Shown here: piece after piece, positions 26,534 to 39,486 of the stretch
Numbering within the stretch: position 1 is the stretch's first letter
How the letters are laid out: each line of letters opens with the position of its first letter
NCBI GenBank assembly: GCA_965235115.1
Contig: OZ249436.1
Location: 36,210,001-36,274,000 of the forward strand
Origin: Laetmonice hystrix
Lineage: Eukaryota
Reading direction: 5' to 3'
Length of the DNA: 64,000 bases
Position numbers and translations under genes: made by a program
The notes under the pieces: generated by a model
Database searches by the model: none
The model's input: the letters and a program-made list of their open reading frames with translations, nothing else
What the model was told of the DNA's origin: nothing

Positions 26534-27560
26534 GCCAAAGTAATGTGGCAGCAAGGGCCAGGGCGTTAGGCTGCATTGTTATTACCAAAGTACTGTGGCA
26601 GCAAGGGGTAGGGGGTTAGGCTGCATTGTTATTGCCAATGTACTGTGGCAGCAAGGGGTAGGGGGTTAGACTGCATTATTATTGCCAAGGTACTGTGGCA
26701 GCAAGGGGTAGGGCGTTAGGCTGCATTGTTATTGCCAAAGTAATGGTGCAGCAAGGGGTAGGGGGTTAGGCTGCATTGTTATTGCCAAGGTACTGTGGCA
26801 GCAAGGGGTAGGGGGTTAGGCTGCATTGTTATTGCCAAGGTACTGTGGCAGCAAGGGGTAGGGGGTTAGGCTGCATTGTTATTGCCAAGGTACTGTGGCA
26901 GCGAGGGGCAGGGGATTAGGCTGTATTGTTATTGCCAAGGTACTGTGGCAAGGGGCAGAGCGTTACGCTGCATTGTTATTGCCAAAGTACTGTGGCAGCA
27001 AGGGGCAGGGCGTTAGGCTGCATGGTTATTGCCAAAGTACTGTGGCAGCAAGGGGCAGGGGGTTAGGCTGTATTGTTATTGCCAAAGTAACTGTGGCAGC
27101 AAGGGGTAGGAGGTTAGGCTGCATTGTTATTGCCAAAGTACTGTGGCAGCAAGGGGTAGGGCTTAGGCTGCATTGTTATTGCCAAAGTACTGTGGCAGCA
27201 AGGGGCAAGGCGTTAGGCTGCATGGTTATTGCCAAAGTACTGTGGCAGCAAGGGGCAGGGGGTTAGGCTGTATTGTTATTGCCAAGTAACTGTGGCAGCA
27301 AGGGGCAGGGCGTTAGGCTGCATGGTTATTGCCAAGGTACTGTGGCAGCAAGGGGTAGGGGGTTAGGCTGCATTGTTCTTGCCAAAGTAACTGTGGCAGC
27401 AAGGGGCAGGGGGTTAGGCTGCATTGTTATTGCCAAAGTACTGTGGCAGCAAGGGGTAGGGCTTAAGGCTGCATTGTTATTGCCAAGGTACTGTGGCAGC
27501 AAGGGGCAAGGCGTTAGGCTGCATTGTTGGCAAAGTACTGTGGCAGCAAGGGGTAGGGCG
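26534..27560. repeat. 50-bp G-rich minisatellite, ~20 copies
   Basis: Unit TACTGTGGCAGCAAGGGGTAGGGGGTTAGGCTGCATTGTTATTGCCAAAG (26591, 26641, 26691...). Confidence 0.97.
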
Positions 27561-27688
27561 TATCACAATCACATCTGTAATAGCCAAGGTCTGGCCTTGT
27601 TGCACCCCTGTAACAATCATGGCAAAATGATTTTAACTTCGCTCTGAGTTACCGTTAATCATGTCAAATAATGTAGAAATGAACTAAC

Positions 27689-27855
27689 CTTATCCCCTCT
27701 GGGATCCGTATGTCTTGTCTTCCTGGGTGTTTTTGTAGATACGTCTTCACAGTTTCTGAGGCGTATATGTGATAAACAACATTCTGACCCTGCTTGTACT
27801 GGTCAAATGCCTCAGAAAAGCTATGGTCCGTCGGAAACGTGTCACCCAGCTTCAT
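27689..27855 (-). pseudogene. First-exon remnant of a MULE-type transposase (ZSWIM3-N/FAR1-like N-terminus)
   Basis: MKLGDTFPTDHSFSEAFDQYKQGQNVVYHIYASETVKTYLQKHPGRQDIRIPEGIR followed by AG|GTTAGT; resemblance judged by eye. Confidence 0.5.
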
Positions 27856-29616
27856 TATAGTAGGACTAGTCAAGATGGCACCTCCTGGTCCTAGACTTGG
27901 CGCCAAAAAATCTAGGTCATATGTAACAAAGCTTCTGATTGGTACTTTGACGATAGCGTTTTGGTCGTCTCCCACCCAAAGTACTTTGGCAGTAGACACT
28001 CCGATTTAATTACTTAACAAAAATGATACACTTCTACATAATTTGGCCACATATTACGCACTTATATCAATTCAGCCTATGTCGGTGTCTGGTAATTTCA
28101 TTCAGCATTATACCGGCAGCGGAAACATTGCTGCCCAGAACTTTCAAGTTTGTTTCTGCACAGTTTTGTCGATGACTTCCCGACTGTTTTGATGAACTGT
28201 CAGATACCTCGTTGACCTCCTAGTTTCCACCAGAAGAGGTTTGGCGACTGGCGAACACACAAAAGCGGCAAAGGGTCACATCTGTATGTTGCTGGCGTCT
28301 TCAAGGAGACTTCGGGACACTGCAAAACAGGATTTTGTAATGGTCTTTTACTGTTCCGAGCAGAAATTGGGAGCGAAGCCAATGCGTTGATTGTACGACA
28401 AGCCTGACAGTGCGGGGGAAGTAGCACAGACGCCTGCCAAGGGTCAGGCATTTGGAACAGTATAGTCCTAAAGTAATAACCCAAAAGACCTGGAATGTGC
28501 TTCGCGGAGAAGGTGGAGAATAATTCCATTCCGTGTCTGCTATCATTGTCACGCATGAAATATATTTCTGCTACATATATATTAAAATGATAATTTTCTT
28601 TAGTTGGTAGAGAAAACCTTTCGGTCCATGGCAAAATTACTCCCAGTGGAAGAACTGATAGCTATTAATATCGGACTCAACTAGTAATGAGATAGTGCCA
28701 TGGACGATTTCACAAACAATCATCTTTGATGACCTCAACGGTACGTATTGACCTTCAAAGGACTATCAGTCTTTATTATCCTGTCGGTAGTATGACATAA
28801 CGTGAATGATCTATTTATCTGAGCAAAACTGCATTCCGTGTAGGAAGCCACACCAAGCAATACAGGTTCCTGTCAGAAATGGGAGAATGACTTATTATGT
28901 GGCGAAGAACTGCACGTGCACATATAAACATAGAGTCTGATACGGCGGAGAATAGGACAAAAGGGCTCATCAACAAGTAACCTACATATCAGTGTCTTAC
29001 AGATAAATCACGTTTCTCTTCCAGTTGGCTAGACTTGCTATGAAGGGAATTATGCCTATATATGTCTCTTCTACGTCTATTGATTTGGGGGTCCTACAGT
29101 AAGTTGCATCCCTACTCGACGCTTTGGACACAGACCATTTTGTTAGCGTGTCCTGGGAATTGTGGTTTACTATGTTTTGACTGACAGCGACTTAGGTAGC
29201 TTTCACTCCCGTCTTTCGCCATACACACCACTGAGAGACAGACGCACGACGTCTATTACAATGTATCTGGAAACCGGCACTAAGAAGTTCATCAACTGCA
29301 TTGTTCTATACGCCACCAGGCATTTCTTTTAAGGAGTCCTGCACGTCATTTGACACGAGAATATAAAGAAAGCCGCCATCTGGCGTCAGCTGAAAATGAT
29401 GTCCTCAGTTCTTACTTCAGCACTTCTATAGGCATTCGTTTGAGTACCAATCTAAGTCGTCTAGTTCTATACCACGAAAACATATGTCTGCAAGGTAGAC
29501 CTATCGGTCCAACCATACGGTTTCTGGTATTAAAAAGACGACTGAAATTATTACGAGAGTGGCATAAAAGGTCCTCGCCCAGACATTATTTTGGATAGGT
29601 TTTAAGAGTACATTAA

Positions 29617-29888
29617 AGTTATCATCGAGTAGGCCTATACTCTCATTTCAATGACTCCAAAATGGCTGGTCATTGACCTGGCGTTGACTTGAACAACCAA
29701 TGAAATTCATCGGGCGATGAACCGATGAGACGTTCGCTTCATGGCGACTACAGGCAATTGGAATGTTAAATTTCATTAGATTTCTCCATTTCTGTGGGTA
29801 AACATATAAATATTGATTTATATAGTCTGCTTTATCTAACCTAACATTTTTTTGGAGTCATTGAAATGAGAGATACTCGGTGATTGCT
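29617..29888. mobile_element. Kolobok-like MITE family B
   Basis: TTAA|AG...CGAGTATCTCTCATTTCAATGACTCCAAAA TIR...CT|TTAA; second copy at 51194. Confidence 0.75.
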
Positions 29889-30193
29889 TTAACAATAAAG
29901 CATTTCTTGAAACTAAGCTTTGGCAGGCCAGGAGCGTGGGACATGATTAACTTGAACCTTTCCAGACTACAGACTTCCATGAACTATTGATTCTTGAGTC
30001 TTTCATGGAAGATTTTACCTTTATACGGCTTTGGAAAATCTATTGATATAGCAGGTGCCCTCCGTTCCGCCGAATCAGTCCATCGTGGATTACAAATCTT
30101 CATTGTCCGCCTGAAAATACAGCTTAGAGAGTAAAGTCTAATGACATCCATCGGTCGCTCCTAACTCTGTCGACATACACTTCTATATTGTAG

Positions 30194-30545
30194 GTTCTGG
30201 GGTGTCATGTATCCGCTGAAGGCAAAACTTTCAAAGACTCGCGCCAAAGTCGCCCTCCTCGCCATTTGGTTCGCAGCAATGACACTCGCATCACCGCAGG
30301 TATTCATCGCTAAATCAACTTCACAGATGATCAACGGCAACAGATACTGGGACTGTGATGAGAAGTGGCTATCAGAGAGATCACGTCATTCCTACACTCT
30401 AGGCGTCGTTTCACTGACATATATATTACCACTACTAGTATTGTGCTTTACCTACTACAAAGTTGGTACAAAATTATGGATTCGAAACGCGCCAGGAAAT
30501 GCCCACCAGTCACGTGACCAAATTATGTTACGTTCTAAGCGAAAG
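30194..30545 (+). CDS. GPCR coding exon 2 (DRF, TM4, ECL2, TM5, ICL3)
   Basis: TTGTAG| acceptor completes DR-FWGVMYPLK; TM4 W..P, ECL2 Cys (WDCDEKW), TM5 YILPL, PGNAHQSRD...SKRK; AAG|GTAAGT donor, phase 0. Confidence 0.93.
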
Positions 30546-32067
30546 GTAAGTAAAAGTCATATCCTTCAGTCAGAACTTTTTAGAAAGTTAAATGTAAGCA
30601 GGAACATGGCATTTTTAGTTTGACCAGAGGTCAGATCTTTCTTCGAAACTGCTGTAAGAACCAACGTATTTACCAAAATGGAGTAATGAGTAAACGACTA
30701 GGATATTTATCTTCTGCATTTAGCCAATATATCAACCTACTGCACTGCGTTACACTACGTTACTTTGTAGGTGGACAACATCGTCATTGAAAAAAATCAA
30801 AAACACTGAAGGAATTGCACAGATTCCTAAAAACCTTTTTTGAGAGGAGTCACATCTTCTGTAATATATTATGGCCTCTTTTGTAAACGAATGCGGCCAC
30901 TTCCAAACATTATTTCAGCTCGTCGCCATATTGTGTTCCGGTTCGCGCATGCGCAGCATAGCGCTTGTATTTTCAAAATGGGCGTGACGTGACATTTGGG
31001 CTTTTTTCCTATGGTGATGTGCACATCCTTCTCCACAAGTATAGCGTTAGAAGGATGGTCATCTAAGTCTCCATCAGCTTGCAATTAAAGACAAGTGATG
31101 CACTCCTGAGGCATATCGGTATACTGATTGACTGATACTCATGAAGTGTATAAATAGCTGATCTTACAGTCATATGTTAAGCTTCATTACATACTCCCCC
31201 TCTCTGTCTGCCCATCTGTCTGCCAATCTTTGATAGAAACGTTCCTGATTTAAAGCGAGCTATTGACTGCGCAGCAAGGTCCTCAGGGAAATCACAACGG
31301 GTCACCTTGATATAGGGCTAAAAGGTTTAGTCAATAACTAGATATCCAGTGTAGCATGACCAGCGAACGCTCAGTTACACGTCTCATGGCCAACACTGGG
31401 GGTCCTCGTCCTCCTCGACATTTTATCGTTTAGATCTGGCAGGTTTTCTAACGGAAGCAGGACATCTTCTCCTTAATGGCTCCCGCCAACAGGGACACGC
31501 CGGACCTAGGACATGCAACCAACTCTAACAATTCTCTTGGTAATGTCACTCTCGATCAGCGAATGTAGATGTTTCATGTTGGAGGTAAAGAAAACACTCC
31601 ATCTTTGGAAGATCAAATAATCTGGTCCGGTGGTCTACTGTCACAATTTTGGATATCTACCTTAACTGTAGAGAGAGGAAGAGACAGACAGACAGAGACA
31701 GAGACAGAGACAGAGATAAATTATGCACTAGTATTCATGCATATTATAATCTACAATGAGGTCAGCAGACTCAATAAATTAATAAAATTGGAGTAAATAT
31801 TCTCACGCGTGGAATCGACCGCTATCATCAAATTAATGCTTACCCCCAGACTTTATGGCACTGGATATTAACCCTTTGATTCTGATAACACATGCTATGA
31901 AGAGAGTATATGTCAATTCACATTTAGTAGAGGTTGTGAGCTCCAGTGATAACTCGGTTATCTTCCTCCAGTCATTTATCACTGAGCACCAGTGGCTTGA
32001 AAATGGCAAGTGAAATCCTGCTTGGAACAGTTCCACTGCCTTCAACGCTAAGACCATGCAGTTGAAT

Positions 32068-32205
32068 GACCCCTACTCGCCTGATTTTACACCGCTTGAC
32101 TTTTTTTTTTGGTGGGGATATTTGAAAGATAAGGTATTCATGCAGGCCTCACCCGTCAAGGTTCAGGATTTACACACCCGTATTCAACATGAAGTCAACT
32201 TCTTC
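32068..32205 (+). pseudogene. Tc1/mariner transposase fragment
   Basis: PYSPDFTPLDFFFWWGYLKDKVF...DLHTRI matches the SPDLNPLDFFLWG.LK..V motif around the third catalytic D. Confidence 0.8.
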
Positions 32206-32884
32206 AAGAATAGCAAGAAGAGCAGTGTTAGACACAATTCCAAACTCCTTACTGCAATATTTCACGGCTGCCACATTTCATGGCACACCTGCATGTCGAC
32301 AGTCTGTCTGCTGTCGTGGTATAGAGAACATCATCTATAATAGTTATCATTGAACGATTGAAGTTCAGGAAATCTTCAAAAGAAAGTACGTGATTTTTTC
32401 GCTAATTATGCTGACATTATTGAAAATCTATTTTTCCTCGCGCGACGATCGACGTTTGCAGTTCACCTCTTGGATGACCATATCCTGTTGAATAACTCAG
32501 TAGGCCTACAAACAAACGGATTGGCGGATTGCTGATATTAAATACAGTAAAACATTCTTTTTCGGGGGGTTTAGTCAACCATCCTCCCACGCTCAGGGTT
32601 GAACCGCTTCCAGTGGTTACCCCCTCACGACACCATGTCTGATTCTCGTTGAGGAGTGCTTCACAGCGTCACCTAGATCCGTACATTTAGTGACGGGAGG
32701 CGGCATTCATAAAAATTAGCTGCATTTCTGGTTAGCCAATAGGATCATCCCGAGTAAAGTTGTTGTGGTCGAAGCATTCAATCCAGACAGTGGGAGGACA
32801 ACTTTCCCACGGGTACGGCAGAGCTATTAGGCCGCTATTAGTTATTAACAGCTCGCCGCGCTAGCTTGCGAAGCGACGGTCTAT

Positions 32885-33215
32885 GGCCAGGTTCACATCT
32901 GGCTTAATTCTTATTCTTAAGCGATTGCGATGGCGGACGCGTTTTGCGACCGAATGTCCACATCAGGCGTAGAAGAGCCATGCTAATTTTAGTGCCACTC
33001 GCGAATTGACGTCACTTCCCTGCAGAATCCTTCAGGCGAGCGCGGCAGCAGTGGCGAAAGTTTGGAAATTTCCCAATGCTTCGCGTTAAGAACGCGGTAA
33101 TCGCAAACGCCTAAGACTAGTCTGAACACTGTAATGATTCAAGGTAGAAGGCAATCGACCGCAAACGCGTCCGCTTAAGAATAAGAATAAGATTAAGCCA
33201 GGTGTGAACCGGCCC
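32885..33215. mobile_element. Harbinger-like MITE
   Basis: GGCCAGGTTCACATCTGGCTTAA ... TTAAGCCAGGTGTGAACCGGCC; ~60-bp TIR. Confidence 0.8.
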
Positions 33216-35047
33216 TATGCTGAAATCAATTTGGAATTTCGCGTGTTAAAGCGGCATCGTTAGTATCTTCGAGAATAAAACACTTACCTCTCCCCTATAG
33301 CAACCTATTGACATATATATGAAGACACACTCTTACTGCAATACTGCAGTATGATGATTTTTGTTAACTAAAACTCGGACCGAAGCTAAAACATGATAAT
33401 TAGCAGGAGTTTGAATTTGCCGCCGCTCTCCGAAAGGGGCGCTGCAAATGACGTCGAACAACATCCCATAATAGTCCTAGGTCTTCAGGTATCGCTCCAC
33501 CATATTTGATCATCATTGCTTTGTAAATATGCCTCCGAGGGACGAAAGTCGATGTATGCAACAGAATCAGCTAAAAAGCTGAGAAAGAATGAGTTGGACA
33601 GAAGACGTGACAGTGCTCATGGCGTTGAAATAGATCGGTGGATGGCCTTGAAACCCCACCCTCCGACTAGTCAGTGCGTCACCTAAGACTGTGAGAGTCA
33701 CTGAAACCATAGACCTAGACTCTAGCTCTATGCTGAAACTCACCGCGGGAATGTCGCTGTTATACCGTTATCCACAATGGCCAAGCGGTTCTAAGGTAGA
33801 GCGTTAGATTGCAACGGAGCCAGCTGAGCGTTCTCACATTATACATTTGGTTGGTCTCACTTCAATTTATTTGAGTTTTACATGTGAGACTAAGCTGATT
33901 TATATGGCAGGGTGTCGATATTACAGTGGACCTTTAAACCGTATATCAAGTCAGTGTCCTACAAACTGTATTGTCAGGGAGAGACATATTTGAGACACCA
34001 GCAAACTGGGCAAGGCAAAAGCATAGGCTAAGGGGCATTTTCGTGAGAAAGCCTACGCCACGGGGAAGACCGTTTAGTGTTACTGGCGAGTCCATGACGC
34101 TGATGCCAGGTCCTATTAATATTCATGAGGTTGACTTCAAGCTCAACCTCCCACGGTTTAGCCTGCGCCTGTCCGCAAGGGGTAGAATACAGGATACGCG
34201 ATGCCCCTTGACAACTCAAGATGACTGTCAACAGTCATTCTATGACTCGCCTTTATACGGAGACATCACAACAGAGCATTCGCTGCACGCCAACTGCCGT
34301 GACGGTTGGACTGATGGACACCTCCGGTCTCTGGGCAGGGGACTCACTAAAGCTCTTCCAGGAGACAATCCAGAAATAACCGTATAGAAGATTTATGCTG
34401 TGTACATTTTTTTCTTCTGTGCGTGTGTGCTGTTTTGTTAAAGACACAGTTTGAAACTTCCGTGGTATAAGAACATTCCACACTGTTCATGAAGGATTGC
34501 AGTATGAAGCCAAAAACTGTGAGGCTGCACATAGTAAAACATTTCCCGCTATATAACAGACAAAAGGAACGAAAACAGCTGAATGTATATTGCCAGACCA
34601 TGAGAATATTAGATCATTCACGAACAATATTATTCCCTAAATTAAAACAAACTTTAAAGGCTTTTCTGGCAAAACAATTTGCGGTGGGCAGACACTGTCC
34701 ACTTGCCCAATCCATCACTATCTGTAAACAAAACAGGCCAAGAAATATCGTCACCCGGTCATTGCTTTCAGCAAAAACTCCTCATCAAAGCAATTTTAGC
34801 GAAACTGGAAAACCTGCAGTGTTTCCGGCTATATGATAGGTTAACTGCAAACATATGGGTTTACGAGTTTTACAGTCATAATATAAAAGTTATGACTCCA
34901 CATCCGCCAGCAGACACATGCCTTCCGGTCCAAGACGACATCAACCCATATATCCAGGTTTACAGACTCTACGATGTTCTAGGCGGTCCACACATGTGCT
35001 AGATCCCACTCGCTTGATTTCCATCCCAGATATGGGAGACATCTATA

Positions 35048-35254
35048 GGTTATTCCCCCATGGTAACTTCCAGTCCCAACGAATTTTTTTGGGTAAGGGT
35101 TAGGGTTAAGGTCAGGGATAGGGCTAGGGATATTTATTAATATGTCTTTGGGATGTGTAGGGACCGAGGTTAGGAGTTAGGGATAAGGTCAAGGCTATGG
35201 ATCTTTACTTCCGACAAAATTTCGTGGGTTTGAAGTTACCGCGGGGGATATAAC
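35048..35254 (+). mobile_element. Same repeat family, copy 3
   Basis: TIR GGTTATTCCCCCATGGTAACTTC ... GAAGTTACCGCGGGGGATATAACC. Confidence 0.75.
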
Positions 35255-36445
35255 CGATCTATACCACATGAAAGATACGTCACATAAGGCAATCGATCAG
35301 TTACTGTGCCGGTATACTTGGAGTTAACTCCTGTCAAACTAAGGACCTAAACCCGGTTTCTTTGTTGTTGCTCACCCTGAGCTGAGCTGAGCAAGGTTAA
35401 TCAAGGTTTTCGTGTTCACCCCTTGACCCCTATAGCCTTACTCACCAAACAAAAAAACCGGCCCTGTTTCTTGCACTGTTGAAGTGACACAAAGCCAGCC
35501 TAACACGGTGCGATTTTGCTGGAATATCGTACAACTATCTACGATACGTCACGATATCCTTGGAAATGAGTTTGTAAAGAGCACTCGATATCGCATACAT
35601 CCATTTAAAGATACATGAACGTCAAACCATGCAGTGTTTATTTGCCAATAGTACATTGTAAAAAGTTTTTGTATTTTGAAACATAAAGATAAGCTTTTCT
35701 GTAGAGACCGCACTCTGACCAGCTTCCCGGTTAAAATGCGCATACTTGGAGCTGATTTAAATATCTAGCAATGTCCATATAACATCAAAATCCCATCATC
35801 GCCAACCAACATTTCACGAACGATGTATGCTCCCAACGGCATCGATCCCACAGCCGCGCGACAACCACAATTTGGATCAGTGTCTATACCTATAGTCTTT
35901 TATGCGTAGCAGCTTACGGTTAGGACTAGATAGAAAGCCGTGGAGAATGTCAACATCACCACCAGTAATGCCTGCAGTTCAGCACTGTGTAAATGCCAGC
36001 CACAATCTACGGAACCCTTGTACTGCAAACAAACCATGCATGGTTAATATTATTAGGTACAGCTCGACAATGGGACCCATGACGGTGTTCTTTTGGATAT
36101 TATATTATTATAGAGCCATCCCCACACAATCTAGGTGCAGGCAAGCTGGAATCCTACCCAATTTATATACTAAACCTGGGTAGCGAGAGGTGCCGATTTT
36201 ATATACTGATATTGATATTGGAAAAAGGATCAGGATTTGAATACAAAATGCCACAAATATTGCATATTGCATTGATAATTGCTCTTGTAGGGGGTGCCTG
36301 TTTATCACTAGGCCGCAGCGGCGGATCCAGGGAGAGGGGTTAAACAAAGCCCCAAGCAAATTCTCCCCCTTACCAAAATCCTGGATCCATCCGTAACTAC
36401 TGAAGCAAAACTGATACAAAAATACAAATTCTTTCTTTCCTTCAG

Positions 36446-36667
36446 GTCATCAAAATGTTGGTCACACTGGTGGCAGTTTTCGCCGTGTGTTGGCTGCCCC
36501 TTCACCTTTTCATCCTTCTTCTGGATTTCGTCCCACATCTATCCATTCTATTATCGCCCACAGAAGAACACATTTTCTTCGGCATCTACTATAGCTGTCA
36601 TTGGCTTGCTATGGCAAACAGCTTCGTCAATCCTATAATCTACAGTTTTCTAAATGAAAGTTTTAGG
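36446..36667 (+). CDS. GPCR coding exon 3 (TM6-TM7)
   Basis: Polypyrimidine TTCAG| acceptor; VIKML...FAVCWLP, CHWLAMANSFVNPIIY (NPxxY); AGG|GTAAGT donor; 222 nt, in frame. Confidence 0.93.
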
Positions 36668-37264
36668 GTAAGTAAATACCACTTATCTGTCATATTCCCT
36701 ATCGCATAAAATTTCAAATTTCAAACAGCTCAGCATGTCTTATTCAAAATGTGACAGATACACGACCTGGTTTTGATAGGGCTTAATTCTGTTATCGGTT
36801 GTTACCCACGACCAATGGAATATATAATGTTGCTGTGTGATATTCAAGATTATGATACCGGCTTTCGCTATACGGCAAAGAAAGCCGTGTCAAATCTGCT
36901 AATCTGCAAGATAATGCATCGATGGACTTAAAGTAAATTGATTTCTGCCTATAGGGAGGACAGCATAGTGTCGGATACCTTCCAGCTTGCACATAAAAAC
37001 GCCACCCCTAACAGCATTATCCCACAGGCATAGATCCGAATGTTTCTCGTTCATTATCCATGTTCACAGGCTAACTGCGCTCCAAATCCTATCAGATCAG
37101 AATGAGATCATCTTTGTAAATGGCACTAGTCCGGTGGCAGAAGCCCATTTTTAATCAAAACCTTGCAATCTCTGGTTACAATCGTTTCTTTGCATTTTTC
37201 AGTACTTTAGACCATGTAGTTCAAGAATCCGTCGGGTGTAATGATTACCCCCGCTTGGCATGTT

Positions 37265-37745
37265 CAAAATTCAAGATGGCGTCCAAAATGGCCGCCAAAT
37301 CACGTTTTTAGCTATAACTTTTGAACCATACAACATAGAGTCCTGATTTTGGTGTCTAACATGGGGTTTTGGGTGTCGGGGAATTCATTTATGGTGGTAA
37401 AATAATAATTTGATGACTCCTATGCCTGCTAATGGGGGCCTACATTCAAGATGGCGGCCAAGATGGCGGCCAAATCACGTTTTTAGCTATAACTTTGGAA
37501 CCATACAACATAGAGTCCTTATTTTGGTGTCTAACATGGGGTTTTGGGTGTCGGGGAATCCATTTATGGTGTTAAAATAATAATTTAATGAGTCCTATGC
37601 ATGTTACTGGGGGGCCTACATTCAAGATGGCCGCCAAGATGGCAGCCAAATCGCGTTTTTTAGCTATAACTTTTGAACCATTGAACTTTAAAGTTCTGAC
37701 TTTGGTGTCTAACATGGGCGGTTGAGTGCCGGGGGAATCCATGAC
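37265..37745. repeat. ~176-bp tandem repeat (~2.7 copies) rich in AAGATGGCGGCC
   Basis: TTCAAGATGG at 37270, 37445 and 37621, with shared downstream sequence. Confidence 0.88.
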
Positions 37746-38318
37746 AGCTAATTAAGGACCATTTATCAAGCAAAATTAGGAATATTCAGCAAAATTTAAT
37801 ATTTCTTTGAGCATCAAGACCTTGCGATACACGTAAATTAAATAAGGTAAAAAATACAAGCAGTAACAGTATGTAGCTAGACCGGATGATTTATCCCATT
37901 TCCAACTACATTGTATAATAGATAAGAAGTTAAAGTTTCTTAATCGACCAGTCAGGGCTGGTCCTAAGCGGTTGTCCGTTTGTCCGAGACAACCTATATA
38001 CATCACGAGACGTTTGGCTTGTAATGAGAATAGACGCCTTTTGACAGACAAACATTGCAGTGATTGATTACCCGTCGAATATAGCAGCGGCAGGCAGTGG
38101 CGGCACGGGGGCCACGCCGCCCCCCCCCCCCCAGTCATAATGCTTGCCCCAAAGCCCCCCCCCCCCGTCGGCTCCAGGAAAAAAGTATAACTGAGGCGTA
38201 CATTGAGAGGGTTGCCACCCTACTGTTTGCTTGCCTTCCATTTGCCCCCCCCCGTTTGGAAATCCTAGTGCTGCCACAGGCTCTCGCATCTCGGCGATGC
38301 TTACATTGCTTACTTTAA

Positions 38319-38664
38319 AGGGAATAGAAAAGTTCAAACTATCAATATAAGGGTGTTCAGCATGAACAAGCTTGTTCTTACCTACAATTCTGTGATTATC
38401 TGATCTTTAATAAAGGAATAATCAACCGAAATGTAGAGACATTCTCCCGCTGGCTTCGTCCGTTTGTTTACCCTATTTGGCCCTTATCTCAATCTATTAA
38501 TAGATATAGCTCCCGCTGTCTCGCGTGGGAAATAGCGAATGACCCGGGCGGTATTTTTAAAAAGTCGCCGTTGACAGTGTTCCACTTATCGGTGTGACCT
38601 TAGACACTTTATAGGGTGTTACTGGTGTTCAAAGGTACGTTAGTGAGGAACATTTCTATTCCCT
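38319..38664 (-). mobile_element. Kolobok-like family A copy 4
   Basis: TTAA TSD, AGGGAATAGAAA TIR, reverse orientation. Confidence 0.88.
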
Positions 38665-38937
38665 TTAATCGGGCGATAAGCAAAAGTAGGCCTATTTTAC
38701 AAATGGAATTAGCCCCGAGTTACCGTTCGACATCTATTTATAAATCATAGGGTATGTCCAAATATGGCAGCGGAAGCGGAGTAAAAGCCATGACAGCTGC
38801 AGAGACATTTTCCATTCCATTTTTAGAATACTTTAGCTTATCGCTCGAACATGAAAGTTTAGCATGGTGTACCTGGGGTAAATTTGAGGAATTTAGGATG
38901 CCACTTTAATGCATACTTATGTTGCCGTTCCTTGCAG

Positions 38938-39164
38938 GCTGACTTAAAGATGTTGTGTTCGTGGCTGCCCTGTGATGAGAGCTCGAGGGACCCGCCCACG
39001 GAGACGCTCGCATACACGATGTCGACACGGTCGTCCAGGAGGACCGCCTTCTCTCGAGTCGGTAGCAGGAACTCGCGACCTTTGCCTTTGGCATGCGGAA
39101 CTACCGGCAGAACTGGGCGTACAAGGACAATCTCAGAAACGAGTGCCTCCACGTCCAGCTTAAA
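38938..39164 (+). CDS. GPCR coding exon 4 (helix 8 and S/T-rich C-tail; ends at stop 39168 if the next intron is retained)
   Basis: TTGCAG| acceptor in phase 0; ADLKMLCSWLPC...SETSASTSSLK; AA|GTAAGA donor overlaps the TAA stop. Confidence 0.8.
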
Positions 39165-39486
39165 GTAAGAGCTGAACGTTTTCATTCTTAACCCGTTAAA
39201 TTCCGCTGGATGTGGCGTATCCAAAAGATATGTGAGAGAAGGGCTAGGCAATAATGTTCACCAAGATATAAGATCGGTATTACAAAATTGAAAAAGCATG
39301 ATGCCCTATAATGATGGATAGGGCTTAATTGAAATACATGTTCCAATTCCCGAAAATGCATTCCGTGTAGTGTGTACCGTGTAGCCTATATTTCCATTTT
39401 TACGAGTTCGACCTTAGATCCCCAGTACCCTCGCTTAAGGATAAAAATAATCCATGAAATAAAAATATCGTATGTGTTCTCCGCAG

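Larger units (their letters stand above)
25351..28002 (-). mobile_element. MULE/Mutator-like element (2.65 kb) in GPCR intron 1
   Basis: ~70-bp imperfect TIRs (CTACTGCCAAAGTACTTT...CTATCGYCAAAGTACCAATCA); GG...CC ends; 9-bp flanks TATTTAATT/GATTTAATT. Confidence 0.75.

Noticed and set aside
26895..27647. ORFs of 123-124 aa
   Set aside because: Translations of the 50-bp minisatellite; the frame rotates with each unit
25345..28009. TTAA-type (piggyBac/Kolobok) classification of the 2.65-kb element
   Set aside because: The TTAA lies within a longer 9-bp duplication, and GG...CC ends plus the peptide fit MULE better
28200..28634. 144-aa minus-strand ORF and similar 100-180-aa ORFs (25296, 33971, 34489, 44853, 56513)
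   Set aside because: No recognisable domain or consistent splice structure; most have non-ATG starts
35095..35185. Interstitial telomere (TTAGGG-like)
   Set aside because: Degenerate motifs inside a TIR-bounded repeat present three times; no true (TTAGGG)n array
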